Made by a program: the position numbers and the translations under genes. A DNA stretch of 64,000 nucleotides from Octopus sinensis. Taxonomy: Eukaryota. The stretch spans positions 22,630,001-22,694,000 of the forward strand of contig NC_043020.1 of NCBI RefSeq assembly GCF_006345805.1, read 5' to 3'. The notes under the pieces were generated by a model. It had not been told where the DNA came from. It made no database searches and saw only the letters and a list, made by a program, of their open reading frames with translations. Positions 1 to 13,101 of the stretch are shown here, piece by piece (position 1 is the stretch's first letter; each line of letters opens with the position of its first letter).

Positions 1-29
1 TTTACCCTTTTATTATTGACTATATATAT

Positions 30-79
<50 letters not shown>

Positions 80-151
80 TATATATTTATTTATTTACGG
101 AGATGCACTTGCATAGCGAGTGAATTGATCTGAGATCGTGTGCTGAAACGA

Positions 152-369
152 AAACAATTGCAGCGTGGAAGATGTTTATAAGCCATTTAAGAAACACCCA
201 AAAACCGTTAGATTCACTTCAACATTTAAATTTAAGAGATGGAGCACGGAGTTTTGTCAGTGAACAGGTCGCGGTCTCAAAGCGACGAAAGTATTTTGAC
301 AAATTAAATTTAAATGTTGAAGTGTGTTTCTTAAATGGCTCATAAACACCTTCCACGCTGCAATTGTTT
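152..369. repeat. Long imperfect inverted repeat (MITE-like fold-back) between (TA)n tracts
   Basis: aaacaattgcagcgtggaagatgtttataagccatttaagaaacac (152-197) pairs with gtgtttcttaaatggctcataaacaccttccacgctgcaattgttt (to 369); inner arms cacttcaacatttaaattta / taaatttaaatgttgaagtg. Confidence 0.75.
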
Positions 370-576
370 ATATATATATATATATACACAATATACATTT
401 ATACATGTGTGTATGGATGCATCAAGGCAAGAAATGAGTGTAATACTCTAAAACAGTGGTGGCGATTAAACTTTTGTTGGTGAACATGTTCTTTCACCTA
501 AAATTTGCACCCAAATTAGTCCAAAAAAATCGGAAGGAGCAGGGAAAGACATGAGTTCATTCACGAAAGAGAAGCT

Positions 577-918
577 AGGTTTGCTCAGTGGTTTATCATC
601 GGAATTTGCGTCTGTTAATACCACCACGTCCTATTCATATTTTAGAGATTAAAATAATTTATTGAAAATGTTTGATACTTCTTGAAATATTCAACGTCCC
701 CTTGTGACCTTATGACATATGCAAGGGAACGTTATCGTTGAGTTTGTTCTATTCGAGATCGAAAGTGCGGCTGTAGACATTGAGCCAGCTTCACTCTAGA
801 TTCTATTGTTGAGCTTGTTTGGAGCTTTGCGTCGCCGAGAAAGGAATCCTTGGACAATTCTCTCGTTTCCAGCAATCAGAATATTTACTGGCGGAGTTCG
901 ATGACAACGCAGAACACA
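577..918 (+). promoter_or_regulatory. Putative promoter / non-coding exon 1 region of Z1 (splice donor deleted)
   Basis: Near-identical to 17623-17963 upstream of Z3; contains gagatcgaaagtgcggctg (755-773). It joins directly to the equivalent of 18691, skipping the donor seen in Z2 and Z3. Confidence 0.55.
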
Positions 919-1504
919 TCGATTATGATTACAAAGAAATTTGTGGCGAAAATTTTTTTCTGGTGGGGAGGGAGAGGAGTATCGGAATTCCTCCGTTCTG
1001 ACGGGGGGAATTTCCAAATTCCAATGCTTATTTCACCAGCTTTCGAAATGATCTTTTTTTTCACCCCTTTTCCACTCCAGCAATTTTAGCTTTTTTTTTT
1101 TTTTTTTCCGCTAGGCACTTAAAAACATGAAGCCTTTTTGGTAAAAAAAAAAAGTTGTAACTATTTACAGAGAAAATGTGTGAATTAAATGAGGATTTGG
1201 CTGTTGTTTCTAGCACATCCCAAGACTACCCTCCATGTTTTTTTCTATATTTTTCTCCTCATTAACACATGTTATAAAAAAATTTCTTAAATTTATTTTT
1301 TGGAACCCCACTTCCTGTGCCCCGATTGTTTCTGTTAATAATTTCAACTTTAAAATATTAGAGAATCGCCTTTTGGGGTCGATAAATTTATGCGTACTTA
1401 AATTTACTGGATGCTTTTAACATGGCAGCAGCCTTGTATATCGATACAAAATTGCTAAGTTTTAATGTTGAATGTTTACTCTTTAAATATCCTTAATATC
1501 TTAT

Positions 1505-1525
1505 ACTATTTCTATCTCATTTCAG
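1505..1525 (+). promoter_or_regulatory. Splice acceptor of Z1 coding exon (tttctatctcatttcag|aatatt)
   Basis: Polypyrimidine tract + CAG. Homologous sites lie upstream of Z2 (15640-15641, -), Z3 (19674-19675), Z4 (35104-35105) and Z5 (48218-48219, -). Confidence 0.7.
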
Positions 1526-1766
1526 AATATTGGATGGCATTGGCATTTAAGGGATATACCATCAATATTTATCACTTCTAGATAAAAGGAAGATTTTATA
1601 CAGACGTGAAATATTTCTAGAGTGAGACATTGCTCTTCTACATTGTCTGGAATTTGTAGATTCCTTTTTATTCTAATAAAATTTGGACAGATTTTCAAAG
1701 GAGTTTGCCACCGTTTCAATCAATCCAGGAATATATAAAAAGCAGTAAAAATATCCTTACAGAAGT

Positions 1767-4211
1767 ATGGATTTTTCTGAAGAATTGCCTAAGGAGGCAG
1801 AAGAATCTTCATTCTCTTTAGAATGTACCCTTGCTACTCAAAAGGATATGGATACAGAAGAGAAATTATATGAATGTGATATTTGTGGTAAATCATACTC
1901 TAAAAAACATATTTTAACTAATCACAGACGCATTCATTCCAGGAAAAAGTCACTTGAATGTAATATCTGTGGTAAATTATTCTATTACAAAAGTTATTTA
2001 GTTGATCACTTGCGTATTCATACAGGTGAAAAACCACATCACTGTGATATCTGTGGTAAATCATTCGCGCGTGCTAATGGCTTAACTCGCCATGTACGTA
2101 TTCATACAGGTGAGAAACCATATCAGTGTAATATTTGTGGGGAATCATTCTCTGACAGAGGTAACTTAGATAAACACAGAAATATTCATACTGGCGAGAA
2201 ATCATATCACTGCGATATCTGTGGAAAATCATTCTTTCAAAAGGTTCATTTAATTTCTCACAGACGTATTCATACTGGAGAGAGACCATATCGCTGTGAT
2301 GTTTGCGGTAGGTCGTTCTGTAATGGAAGTGCAGTAGCTCTTCACAAAGGTATTCATAGAGACGAAAAACCATATCATTGTGATATCTGTGGTAAATCGT
2401 TTCGTCGTAGGAATACATTAAATGTCCACAATCTTGTTCACACAGGGGAAAAACCTTATTGCTGTGATATCTGTGGTAAATCATTCTCTCGGACAAGCCA
2501 ATTAAAAATACACAAGAGACACATTCATACAAAAGAGAGACCGTTTGACTGTAATATCTGCGGTAAATCACTTACTCGTAGAAGTGCATTAACTGTTCAC
2601 AAACGTATTCATACCGGGGAAAAACCATATCACTGTGATATCTGTAGTAAATCATTCTCTCACGCAAATGCTTTAACTGTACACAAACGTATTCATACAG
2701 GGGAAAAACCTTATTGCTGTGATATCTGTGGTAAATCATTCCCTGTAAGTAATGCTTTAACTGTCCACAAACATACTCATTCGGGAGGAAAAGGATATGA
2801 ATGTGATATCTGTGGTAAAATATTCTCTTTTAGAAGTACATTAATTATTCATAAGCGTGTTCATTCAGGGGAAAAACCATATCGTTGTGTCATCTGTGGT
2901 AAGACTTTCAGCCAAACAAGTCAGTTAACAGTTCACAGACGTACTCATACAGGGGAAAGACCATATCGCTGTAATATCTGTAATAAATCATTCACCTATG
3001 GAAGTACACTGAAGTTTCACAAACGTATTCATACAGAGGAAAAACCATGTCACTCTAATATTTGTGATAAATCATTCTCTGGAACTAGTGACTTAGCGAT
3101 ACACAGCAGACGTATTCACACAAAAGAGAAAACCTATACCTGTAATATCTGTGGAAAATCATTCTCTACTGGAAGTGCATTAACTACTCACAAACGTATT
3201 CATATAGGGGAAAGGCCATATCATTGTAGTGTCTGTGGTAAATCCTTCTCTCGAAATTCTGGCTTAATTAAACACATGTGTTTTCATACAGGTGATAAGC
3301 CATTTCACTGCGATATCTGTGGTAAATCATACACTCGTAGAAATGCATTAACTGTTCATAAACGTGTTCATACAGGAGAAAAACCTTACCACTGTAATAT
3401 CTGTGGTAAATCATTCTCAAAAAAATATCTCTTAACTGTACATAAAAACACTCATACAGTAGAGAAATCATATGATTGTAAGATCTTTGGTAAATCCTTA
3501 TCTCAGACAAGTCAATTAACTGTCCATAGTCGTACTCATACAGGAGAGAAACCATTCCATTGTGATATCTGTGGGAAATCTTTCTCTTACAGTAAGGCTC
3601 TAACAAAGCATGTGCATCTTCATACTGGTGAGAAGGGATATCACTGCGATATCTGTGGTAAATCATACGCTAGTATATATACACTAACTACTCATAAACG
3701 TGTTCATACAGGAGAAAAACCTTACCACTGTGATATCTGTGGAAAATCGTTCACCAAAAAAAACCTCTTAACTGTACATAAAAACACTCATACAGGAGAG
3801 AAATCATATGATTGTAAGATCTGTGGCAAATCTTTGTCTCAGCCATATCATTTAACTGTTCATCGTCGTATTCATACAGGCGAGAAACCATTTCACTGTG
3901 AGATATGTGATAAATCATTCGCTCAAACAGCTCATTTAACAATTCACAGACGTAGTCATACAGGAGATAAACCCTATAAGTGTGATATCTGTGGTAAATG
4001 TTTCTCTCAAAAGAATGATTTAACCAAGCACAAGCGTGTTCATACAGGAGAAAAGCCGTATCAGTGTAATATATGTGGTCAATCATTCTCTGTAAATAAT
4101 GCTTTAACTGGCCACAAACGTATTCATACAGGAGAGAAACCTTATCGCTGTGAGATCTGTGGTAAATCATTTCCTCGCAGTTCTGACTTAACTGCACACA
4201 AATGTGTTTGA
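1767..4211 (+). CDS. Z1: tandem C2H2 zinc-finger protein, 814 aa, 28 finger units (F15 and F20 degenerate, F28 truncated)
   Basis: Intact ORF of C-x2-C-x12-H-x3/4-H repeats with TGEKP-type linkers; short acidic leader [10 protein letters not shown]. Confidence 0.95.
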   Translation: MDFSEELPKEAEESSFSLECTLATQKDMDTEEKLYECDICGKSYSKKHILTNHRRIHSRKKSLECNICGKLFYYKSYLVDHLRIHTGEKPHHCDICGKSFARANGLTRHVRIHTGEKPYQCNICGESFSDRGNLDKHRNIHTGEKSYHCDICGKSFFQKVHLISHRRIHTGERPYRCDVCGRSFCNGSAVALHKGIHRDEKPYHCDICGKSFRRRNTLNVHNLVHTGEKPYCCDICGKSFSRTSQLKIHKRHIHTKERPFDCNICGKSLTRRSALTVHKRIHTGEKPYHCDICSKSFSHANALTVHKRIHTGEKPYCCDICGKSFPVSNALTVHKHTHSGGKGYECDICGKIFSFRSTLIIHKRVHSGEKPYRCVICGKTFSQTSQLTVHRRTHTGERPYRCNICNKSFTYGSTLKFHKRIHTEEKPCHSNICDKSFSGTSDLAIHSRRIHTKEKTYTCNICGKSFSTGSALTTHKRIHIGERPYHCSVCGKSFSRNSGLIKHMCFHTGDKPFHCDICGKSYTRRNALTVHKRVHTGEKPYHCNICGKSFSKKYLLTVHKNTHTVEKSYDCKIFGKSLSQTSQLTVHSRTHTGEKPFHCDICGKSFSYSKALTKHVHLHTGEKGYHCDICGKSYASIYTLTTHKRVHTGEKPYHCDICGKSFTKKNLLTVHKNTHTGEKSYDCKICGKSLSQPYHLTVHRRIHTGEKPFHCEICDKSFAQTAHLTIHRRSHTGDKPYKCDICGKCFSQKNDLTKHKRVHTGEKPYQCNICGQSFSVNNALTGHKRIHTGEKPYRCEICGKSFPRSSDLTAHKCV

Positions 4212-4386
4212 TCTAATGAAGAACTTTATCACAGTGATATTTGTAATAAATAACTCATTTACTCAAAAACTTCCTTTGTGAAGTGAGTGAGAAATGGACA
4301 GACACATCAGCACTGTAATGTTGTCAGCAACACGACAGCCTCTCTAGTGTTGGCTCCAAAGTAAAATACATCCTGTACACTGTGAA

Positions 4387-4965
4387 ATTGATGGTGATAT
4401 GTAGGGCAGCCAGCCACAAAAACCATATTCCCTGAAGCAAACCATACATATGACTTTGTTTAAAACATGAAGTAGAAGTTTTTTTCTTTTTGTTTTCACT
4501 TCGATAGTAACAAACTTATTCACACAAATGTTGAAAGGATTTTACTATGATGTCTGGTAAATCATTCCCTCATGGAAACACCTTAACTACTCACAGGTAT
4601 GATTGTACAGGTGAGAAACCATTTCACTCCAATATCAGTGGTAAGTCATTCACTTCAAAATACACATTAGTAAACATTGATGGTGATATGTAGGGCAGCC
4701 AGCCACAAAAACCATATTCCCTGAAGCAAACCATACATATGACTTTGTTTAAAACATGAAGTAGAAGTTTTTTTCTTTTTGTTTTCACTTCGATAGTAAC
4801 AAACTTATTCACACAAATGTTGAAAGGATTTTACTATGATGTCTGATAAATCATTCCCTCATGGAAACACCTTAACTACTCACAGGTATGATTGTACAGG
4901 TGAGAAACCATTTCACTCCAATATCAGTGGTAAGTCATTCACTTCAAAATACACATTAGTAAACA
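4387..4965 (+). repeat. 289-bp direct tandem duplication in the Z1 3' flank, containing decayed finger sequence
   Basis: attgatggtgatatgtagggc starts at 4387 and again at 4676. The unit includes the remnant KSFPHGNTLTTHRYDCTGEKPFHSNISGKSF. Z2 and Z4 have a single copy. Confidence 0.9.
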
Positions 4966-5400
4966 AGACAAGAATGAGCTCTGAGGTGTTTTCACGCATG
5001 CATTTGGACATTTGGACTATTGGAATGTAAGCATTACACAATACTAATAAAGGAGCAACCAAAATCCCCAAAATGAATGAAAACTAACTAAATACTTCTA
5101 TGTAGACAATGTACTCAATATAACAGGTAGCAGACTCTTGCAGTGGGACTGAACCTAAAACAATGTTTTTGGGATGCAGATATCTTACCACAGCCACATC
5201 TATGCCTAAAAATGCAATTTTAGTTTGGGACTTCAATTCTAAAATGATTTTTTTGTAATTTATCTTTGGCTTGCAATTATCATAACCACATCCTAGTAAC
5301 CAATGTATTGTGAGTTAATTTTTTTATTTTCATTTATTAATGTTTATATATTTTTTTCTAAACAGTCACTTATATTATCCAACATATTCCATTACTTTTG

Positions 5401-5938
5401 ATTGACTCCTTGTTCAATCAGCTTCAAATCTTTATCTGATTCTTTACCAAATAATGGTCATCACTGCACCATTTATAGAACATTGTGCTTTTCCAGAAGT
5501 TTTCTTTACTCTGTGATGATTGGTTACATGAAACTTGGAGTAAAATTTTTTCAGCTTCAATAAAACACTCTATTATATTCTATCTTTGGTCTTTGAGTTC
5601 TGTTTTCTCCAGCTTCTTTTGCACCTGAATACATTCACACATCTCTCACTCTCCGCTGGTTTGTCTGTCTGTCTGTCTATTTATTTGCAGTTTCACTCAT
5701 ATTTCAGTAGCAAATACGCAGTGTGTACTTGACCAAAAAATGGTGGTGACACCCACCCACCCCTAAAATAGTTACATAAAGACAACATACACATCTGCCT
5801 AACTTAACAAGAGCCATTCCAATGTCTGTGCAATTTGTGGGCATGGGGGAAAGTCCTTGCATCCTCTACAAAACCAGACTTGGAGAATTTTCAGTGATCT
5901 GAATATGTAAATGCTTGACCCATTAGCATTTATCTCTG
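5401..5938 (+). repeat. Segmental homology with the Z4 3' flank (38845-39402)
   Basis: Near-identical run from attgactccttgttcaatcagc to cattagcatttatctctg at both loci. Confidence 0.9.
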
Positions 5939-6045
5939 ATGCATTTTGAAATCAAGTCAGTACCTGTCAGCTAATTGGAAGCAAACAAGCAGGTTTGTGA
6001 GGCTTTTACACCTTTCTTCTATTGCCAAGTCTCACACAATCTAGA

Positions 6046-6317
6046 TGTTCACGCTGAGAGTTGCTGAAGTATGGAACAAACTGCCCGCATCAGTTGTTAG
6101 TTGTCGGAGCACTGCATCCTTCAAAACTTCCATACTTCCTGAGATTCGCCAACACTACACCTGATTTTCTCCCTTCCATACACACACAAGCATGTATCTG
6201 ACTCATACATTGTTCGCTTTCCAGACATTTGTACATTACTGCATACACTTTATACGCACTTTCTGACAAGTTGTGGTGCACCTGAGCACTATACAATAAT
6301 TTCATTATTATTATTAT
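6046..6317 (+). mobile_element. 3' end of a CR1/L2-group LINE with (TTA)n tail
   Basis: Encodes ..RVAEVWNKLPASVVSCRSTASFKTS.., matching the C-terminus of the RT ORF at 28293-29201; ends in attattattattat. Confidence 0.8.
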
Positions 6318-6550
6318 GTGCATGCAAAGTGCCATTGCAATCACCCACTAGCAACCAGGTGAGTTAGACTTTCACCTGTAATCCGTTTCTTCATCCTTTC
6401 ACAGGTATTGCTGTGGCTCTTGTGGTTTTTGCACTGATTCAAATAGATTTTGCCAGGTGTAGAATGAAGTATGATTTGGGTTTTCAACTCTTGTAGTATC
6501 AAAGTGAAGCATACTGCAACAATATATACATCATCTACTTTCTTAAACCT

Positions 6551-6759
6551 ATTTCTTTACTACCCACAAGGGGCTAAACACAGAGGAGACAAACGGATTA
6601 AGTCGATTACATCGACCCTAGTGCGTAACTGGTACTTAATTTATGGACCCCGAAATGATGAAAGGCAAAGTCGACTTCGGTGGAATTTGAACTCAGAACG
6701 TAACGGCAGATGAAACACTGCTAAGCATTTCTCCCGGCGCGCTAACGTTTCTGCCAGCT
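6551..6759 (-). mobile_element. tRNA-derived SINE family C, flanked by 11-bp TSD ttcttaaacct
   Basis: TSD at 6540-6550 and 6760-6770. The same family occurs at 6904-7110, 51775-52140, 60180-60412, 61295-61526 and 62016-62431. Confidence 0.75.
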
Positions 6760-6903
6760 TTCTTAAACCTGAGAGAGAGAGAGAGAGAGTTAAAGAACGT
6801 ATCAAGCCACCTGAGACAACACTTAGTTTTGTGATACAAATTCACTGTCTTAGATCTAAATTGAAACCTGACATCAGAATTTGTTAATTTATGTTCCAGA
6901 AAA

Positions 6904-7110
6904 GGTGGTGAGCTGGCAGAAACGTTAGCATGCCAGGCAAAATGCTTAGCGGATCGTTCTGAGTTCAAATTCCGCTGAGGTCGACTTTGCCTTTCATCCT
7001 TTCAGGGTCATTAAATAAAGTACCAGTTACGCACTGGGGTCGATGTAAACGACTTAATGTCTTTGTTTGTCCCCTCTATGTTTAGCCCCTTGTGGGCAAT
7101 ACAGAAATAA
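6904..7110 (+). mobile_element. SINE family C copy
   Basis: Head ggtggtgagctggcagaaacgttagc, B-box-like gagttcaaattcc, tail tttagccccttgtggg..aaagaaata. Confidence 0.75.
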
Positions 7111-7735
7111 GAATTGCTAGCACAGTGAGCAAAATTTTTTGCAGTATTTCGTCCATCTGTATTTTTTGAGTTCAAATTTCACCAAGGTCAACTTTGCTTT
7201 CCATCGTTTTGGGTTGATAAAATAAGTATCAGTTGAACACTGGGATTCATGTAATTGACTTTAACCTTTCCCCAAAACCTGCAGGCCTTGTGCCAGAACT
7301 TGAAACCAATTTAGGTTTCAAATACCAGCTTAACCCTTTCATTACTGTATTTATTTTGAGATGCTGTGTTTCTTTCAATTAAGTTTAAATATAACAAAGA
7401 ATTTAGTAAAATAACTTGGTTATCATTCAGCTTAGTGTTAGGAACATAAATTGTGACTAAGGTTTGGTGGAAGATTTTACTTCAAAACTTATGAAAACAA
7501 GACATTTGTACTCAGAGCCAGAGCCAGTTTCAGCTGGGTTGGTAATGAAAGGGTTACTAATGACAAGATTATTTTAACATTTAAATCGGCCATATCCAGC
7601 CCAAATGGTCTACCTGTTTTATGTCCAAACTGACCAGATCCAGTCTCTCCCACCTGCTCTACAATGTCATTCTAAAATTAAATGATTACATCTTCAAAAT
7701 CAAGATAATACGTGATTAATTTTTTAAAATATGGA

Positions 7736-10211
<2,476 letters not shown>

Positions 10212-10670
10212 ACATGAACATTACATTTGATTAATTAATCTGAATGCTAAAAGGTTAATAAAGCCTTCGTTATTAAAGAAATAAATTAAAATAAAAGTAG
10301 AAAATTTCACAATTTACAAAAGAATGTTTAGCAGGGAGACCAAACTGATGGATTGGTAACCTGCTAAAATAAACATTGAAAATCGAAAGGAGAAAGTAAA
10401 GAGCTTTGCAAGTTTAACTCAGTGTTTATTGAACAAGAGAGGTGAAAAATTGAAGTGACTTGTTAGAATATACATGTCTGTAAGAATAGCAAAAGTCTAC
10501 AATACCAAAAGAATTGGGAATACATTACAAGTGTTCTACGAAGTGAACATATGATTGCTGTATAATTCAACATGAATGTGAAATAACATTAAACATCGTA
10601 TAAGGTAAATGAAGGTTTCTGTGGGAAAGCTAAAATTCGTATTCACTTGGTGAGTTTACATACGCGAGGA

Positions 10671-10862
10671 TCATCATCATCATTTAACATCCGTTTTCCA
10701 TGCTAGCATGGGTTGGACGGTATAACCGGGGTGTGGTAAGCCATGGAGGCTGCACTAGGCTTTAGTCTGATTTGGCAGTGTTTCTACAGCTGGATGCCCT
10801 TCCTAACGCCAACCACTCCGTGAGTGTAGTGGGTGCTTTTACGTGTCACCGACATGGACGCC
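10671..10862 (-). mobile_element. SINE family B with (GAT)n tail
   Basis: (cat)n + ttaacatccgttttccatgctagcatgggttggacgg..ggatgcccttcctaacgccaaccactcc. Other copies at 23656, 25169, 30345, 35137, 49015, 56272 and 63500. Confidence 0.7.
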
Positions 10863-13101
10863 AGTCAAACAGCTAAATTAATAATTATATATATTTGTAT
10901 ATAATCATATACAGTGGTTAGAGCGTCGAGCTTACGATCATGAGGTTGTGATCTTGACTCCCGGACCGGACCGCGTGCTGCGTTCCCCAGCAAGACACTC
11001 TACTGGTGTCAGAGCAGGTAGCGATGATATCTATGGTGATGAATTTCATTGTATAGTAATGCAGAGAAAGCAAGCAATAGCTCCCTGTTGCATAAGCAAA
11101 TTAGACTCCCGAAGCAGAGGAAAATTAATCTATTTAAGGAAATTGTTGGGCTCCACAGAGATCTGAAATGCTTTTCTGCTAAGAGAACATGTGATCCATT
11201 TGAATGCGTCTGATTGGTTGTCTGGGTGATTTAGCTTGATTGTTTAGGGGACAAATTGCACCTGAAAAACTAATTAAGAGCAAATGGCTAAAACACAAGC
11301 TTTATAGCTAAGTGTTTTCTGCCATATCCAAACAACAACTATAAATAAAAGGGAGAGAGAATGGTCAGTCATTTATGCTTTTGTCAATCCATTCTGCTAC
11401 AGGCTTAGATAGTCATATCCAGCCCAAATATTCTACATCTTTTAGGTTCAAATCAACCATCTAAAAAAAAAAAAGAAAGTCACATCTTTGAAATTTTGAA
11501 GTTTGAGATAATGCATGAATAATTAAAAATGGGCATGGCAGTGTGGTTAGGGAGCTTGCTTCCTAACTGCATGGTTTCGGGTTCAGTCCCACTGCTTGGC
11601 ACTTTGGGTAGGTGTCTTCCGCTATAGCCCCGAGCCGACCGGAGCTTTCTGATTGAATTCGGTAGGCGGGAGTTACTGCCGTGTGTGTATGTGTGCGTAT
11701 AGCTGCTCAGTGCCTCTCCGAAAGAGAGAGAGAGGATGTGAATAAATAAGTATTACATTTGGAAGAGGAATTTGAATACTAAAGGGTCAAAAGTCGTTCT
11801 CTTTCGATTGATGAATAGCCTATTGTTTTGAAGTTATTCATTTCTTTGCTACCCACAAGGGGCTAAACATAGAGGGCAATTGTTTTGAAGTTATTATGCT
11901 AGCATCAGGGAAAGGAAAGCATTTCTTTTAATGTATATATGCATGTGTATACACACCCAAACCCGTGCACACACACACACACAGTGTGGTAAGTAGTTTG
12001 CTCCACGACCACATGGTCCTGGGTTCAGTCCCACTGCATGGCCAAGTGTCTTCTGCTTTAGCCTTGGGAGAGGATTTGGTAAATGGAAACTGAAAGAAGC
12101 CTGTCCTGTGTATACATCTCTGCGTCTCCTTGTTTGATATCTTGTTGTAGTGGTGAATGATTGTCACTGCCTCAAAAACTCTGTTTGACCCATGGAAAAA
12201 TGGGGGTTAAAACGATGATTATATACCAATGTCTAACAACTTATTGTAGGCACAGGCATCGCATACAGACTATTGTGTAAGTCAGCATCTGAGAACTGAG
12301 AACAAACCTGGTGTCCACCCAGATAACATATCCCTGCAAACTCACTGACACACACACATATATATATATATATAGTATAATTCATATAAAAATCTTGTAA
12401 TGTACATTTAAGGGCTCGTATGTTTCATGCGATGAAGCACCTGTACATAAACTCAGTAACTTGAAGCTAGTGTGCTGTAGAGAAATAAAAGGTCATGATC
12501 TACTATGAAAGCCTGATATCCTCCATCGTCATGTTATATTATTCTTGTAGAATATATGCTGGTCACCCATGGGCGTTCCGAAATAGAGTCTGTACGCCAT
12601 CTCCTTGCGTGAAGACACCTCAGAGCTCATTCTTTTCTCGTTTGCTAATTTGTATTTTGAAGTGAATGACTTACCACTGATATTGGAGAGAAATGGTTTC
12701 TCACCTGTACAATCATACCTGTGATTATTTAAGGTGTTTCCATGAGGGAATGATTTACCAGATATCATAGTAAAATCCTTTCAACATTTGTGTGAATAAG
12801 TTTGTTACTATCAAAGTGAAAACAAAAAGAAAAAAACCTCTACTTCATGTTTTAAACAAAGTCATATGTATGGTTTGCTTCAGGGAATATGGTTTTTGTG
12901 GCTGGCTGCCCTACATATCACCATCAATTTCACAGTGTACAGGATGTATTTTACTTTGGAGCCAGCACTAGAGAGGCTGTCGTGTTGCTGACAACATTAG
13001 TGCTGATGTGTCTGTCCATTTCTCACTCACTCCACAAAGGAAGTTTTTTACTAAATGAGTTATTTATTACAAATATCACTGTTAGAAAGTTCTTCATTAG
13101 A

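Noticed and set aside
2074-4197. Antisense ORFs such as MIYHRYHSD.. opposite every ZNF gene (also 13143-15071, 20004-21050, 35971-37287, 46535-47386, 57222-57416)
   Set aside because: Predictable by-product of the 84-bp finger repeat read on the opposite strand; fragmented and with no independent signals.
10490-10590. GIHYKCSTK*TYDCC, faintly like a ZZ-type zinc finger
   Set aside because: Very short, contains stops, and has no supporting flanking homology.
12240-12500. Possible minus-strand exon remnants (acceptor-like ttttatttctctacag near 12478-12495) beyond the Z2 3' flank
   Set aside because: No recognisable protein and no paralog support; such sites arise by chance in AT-rich DNA.
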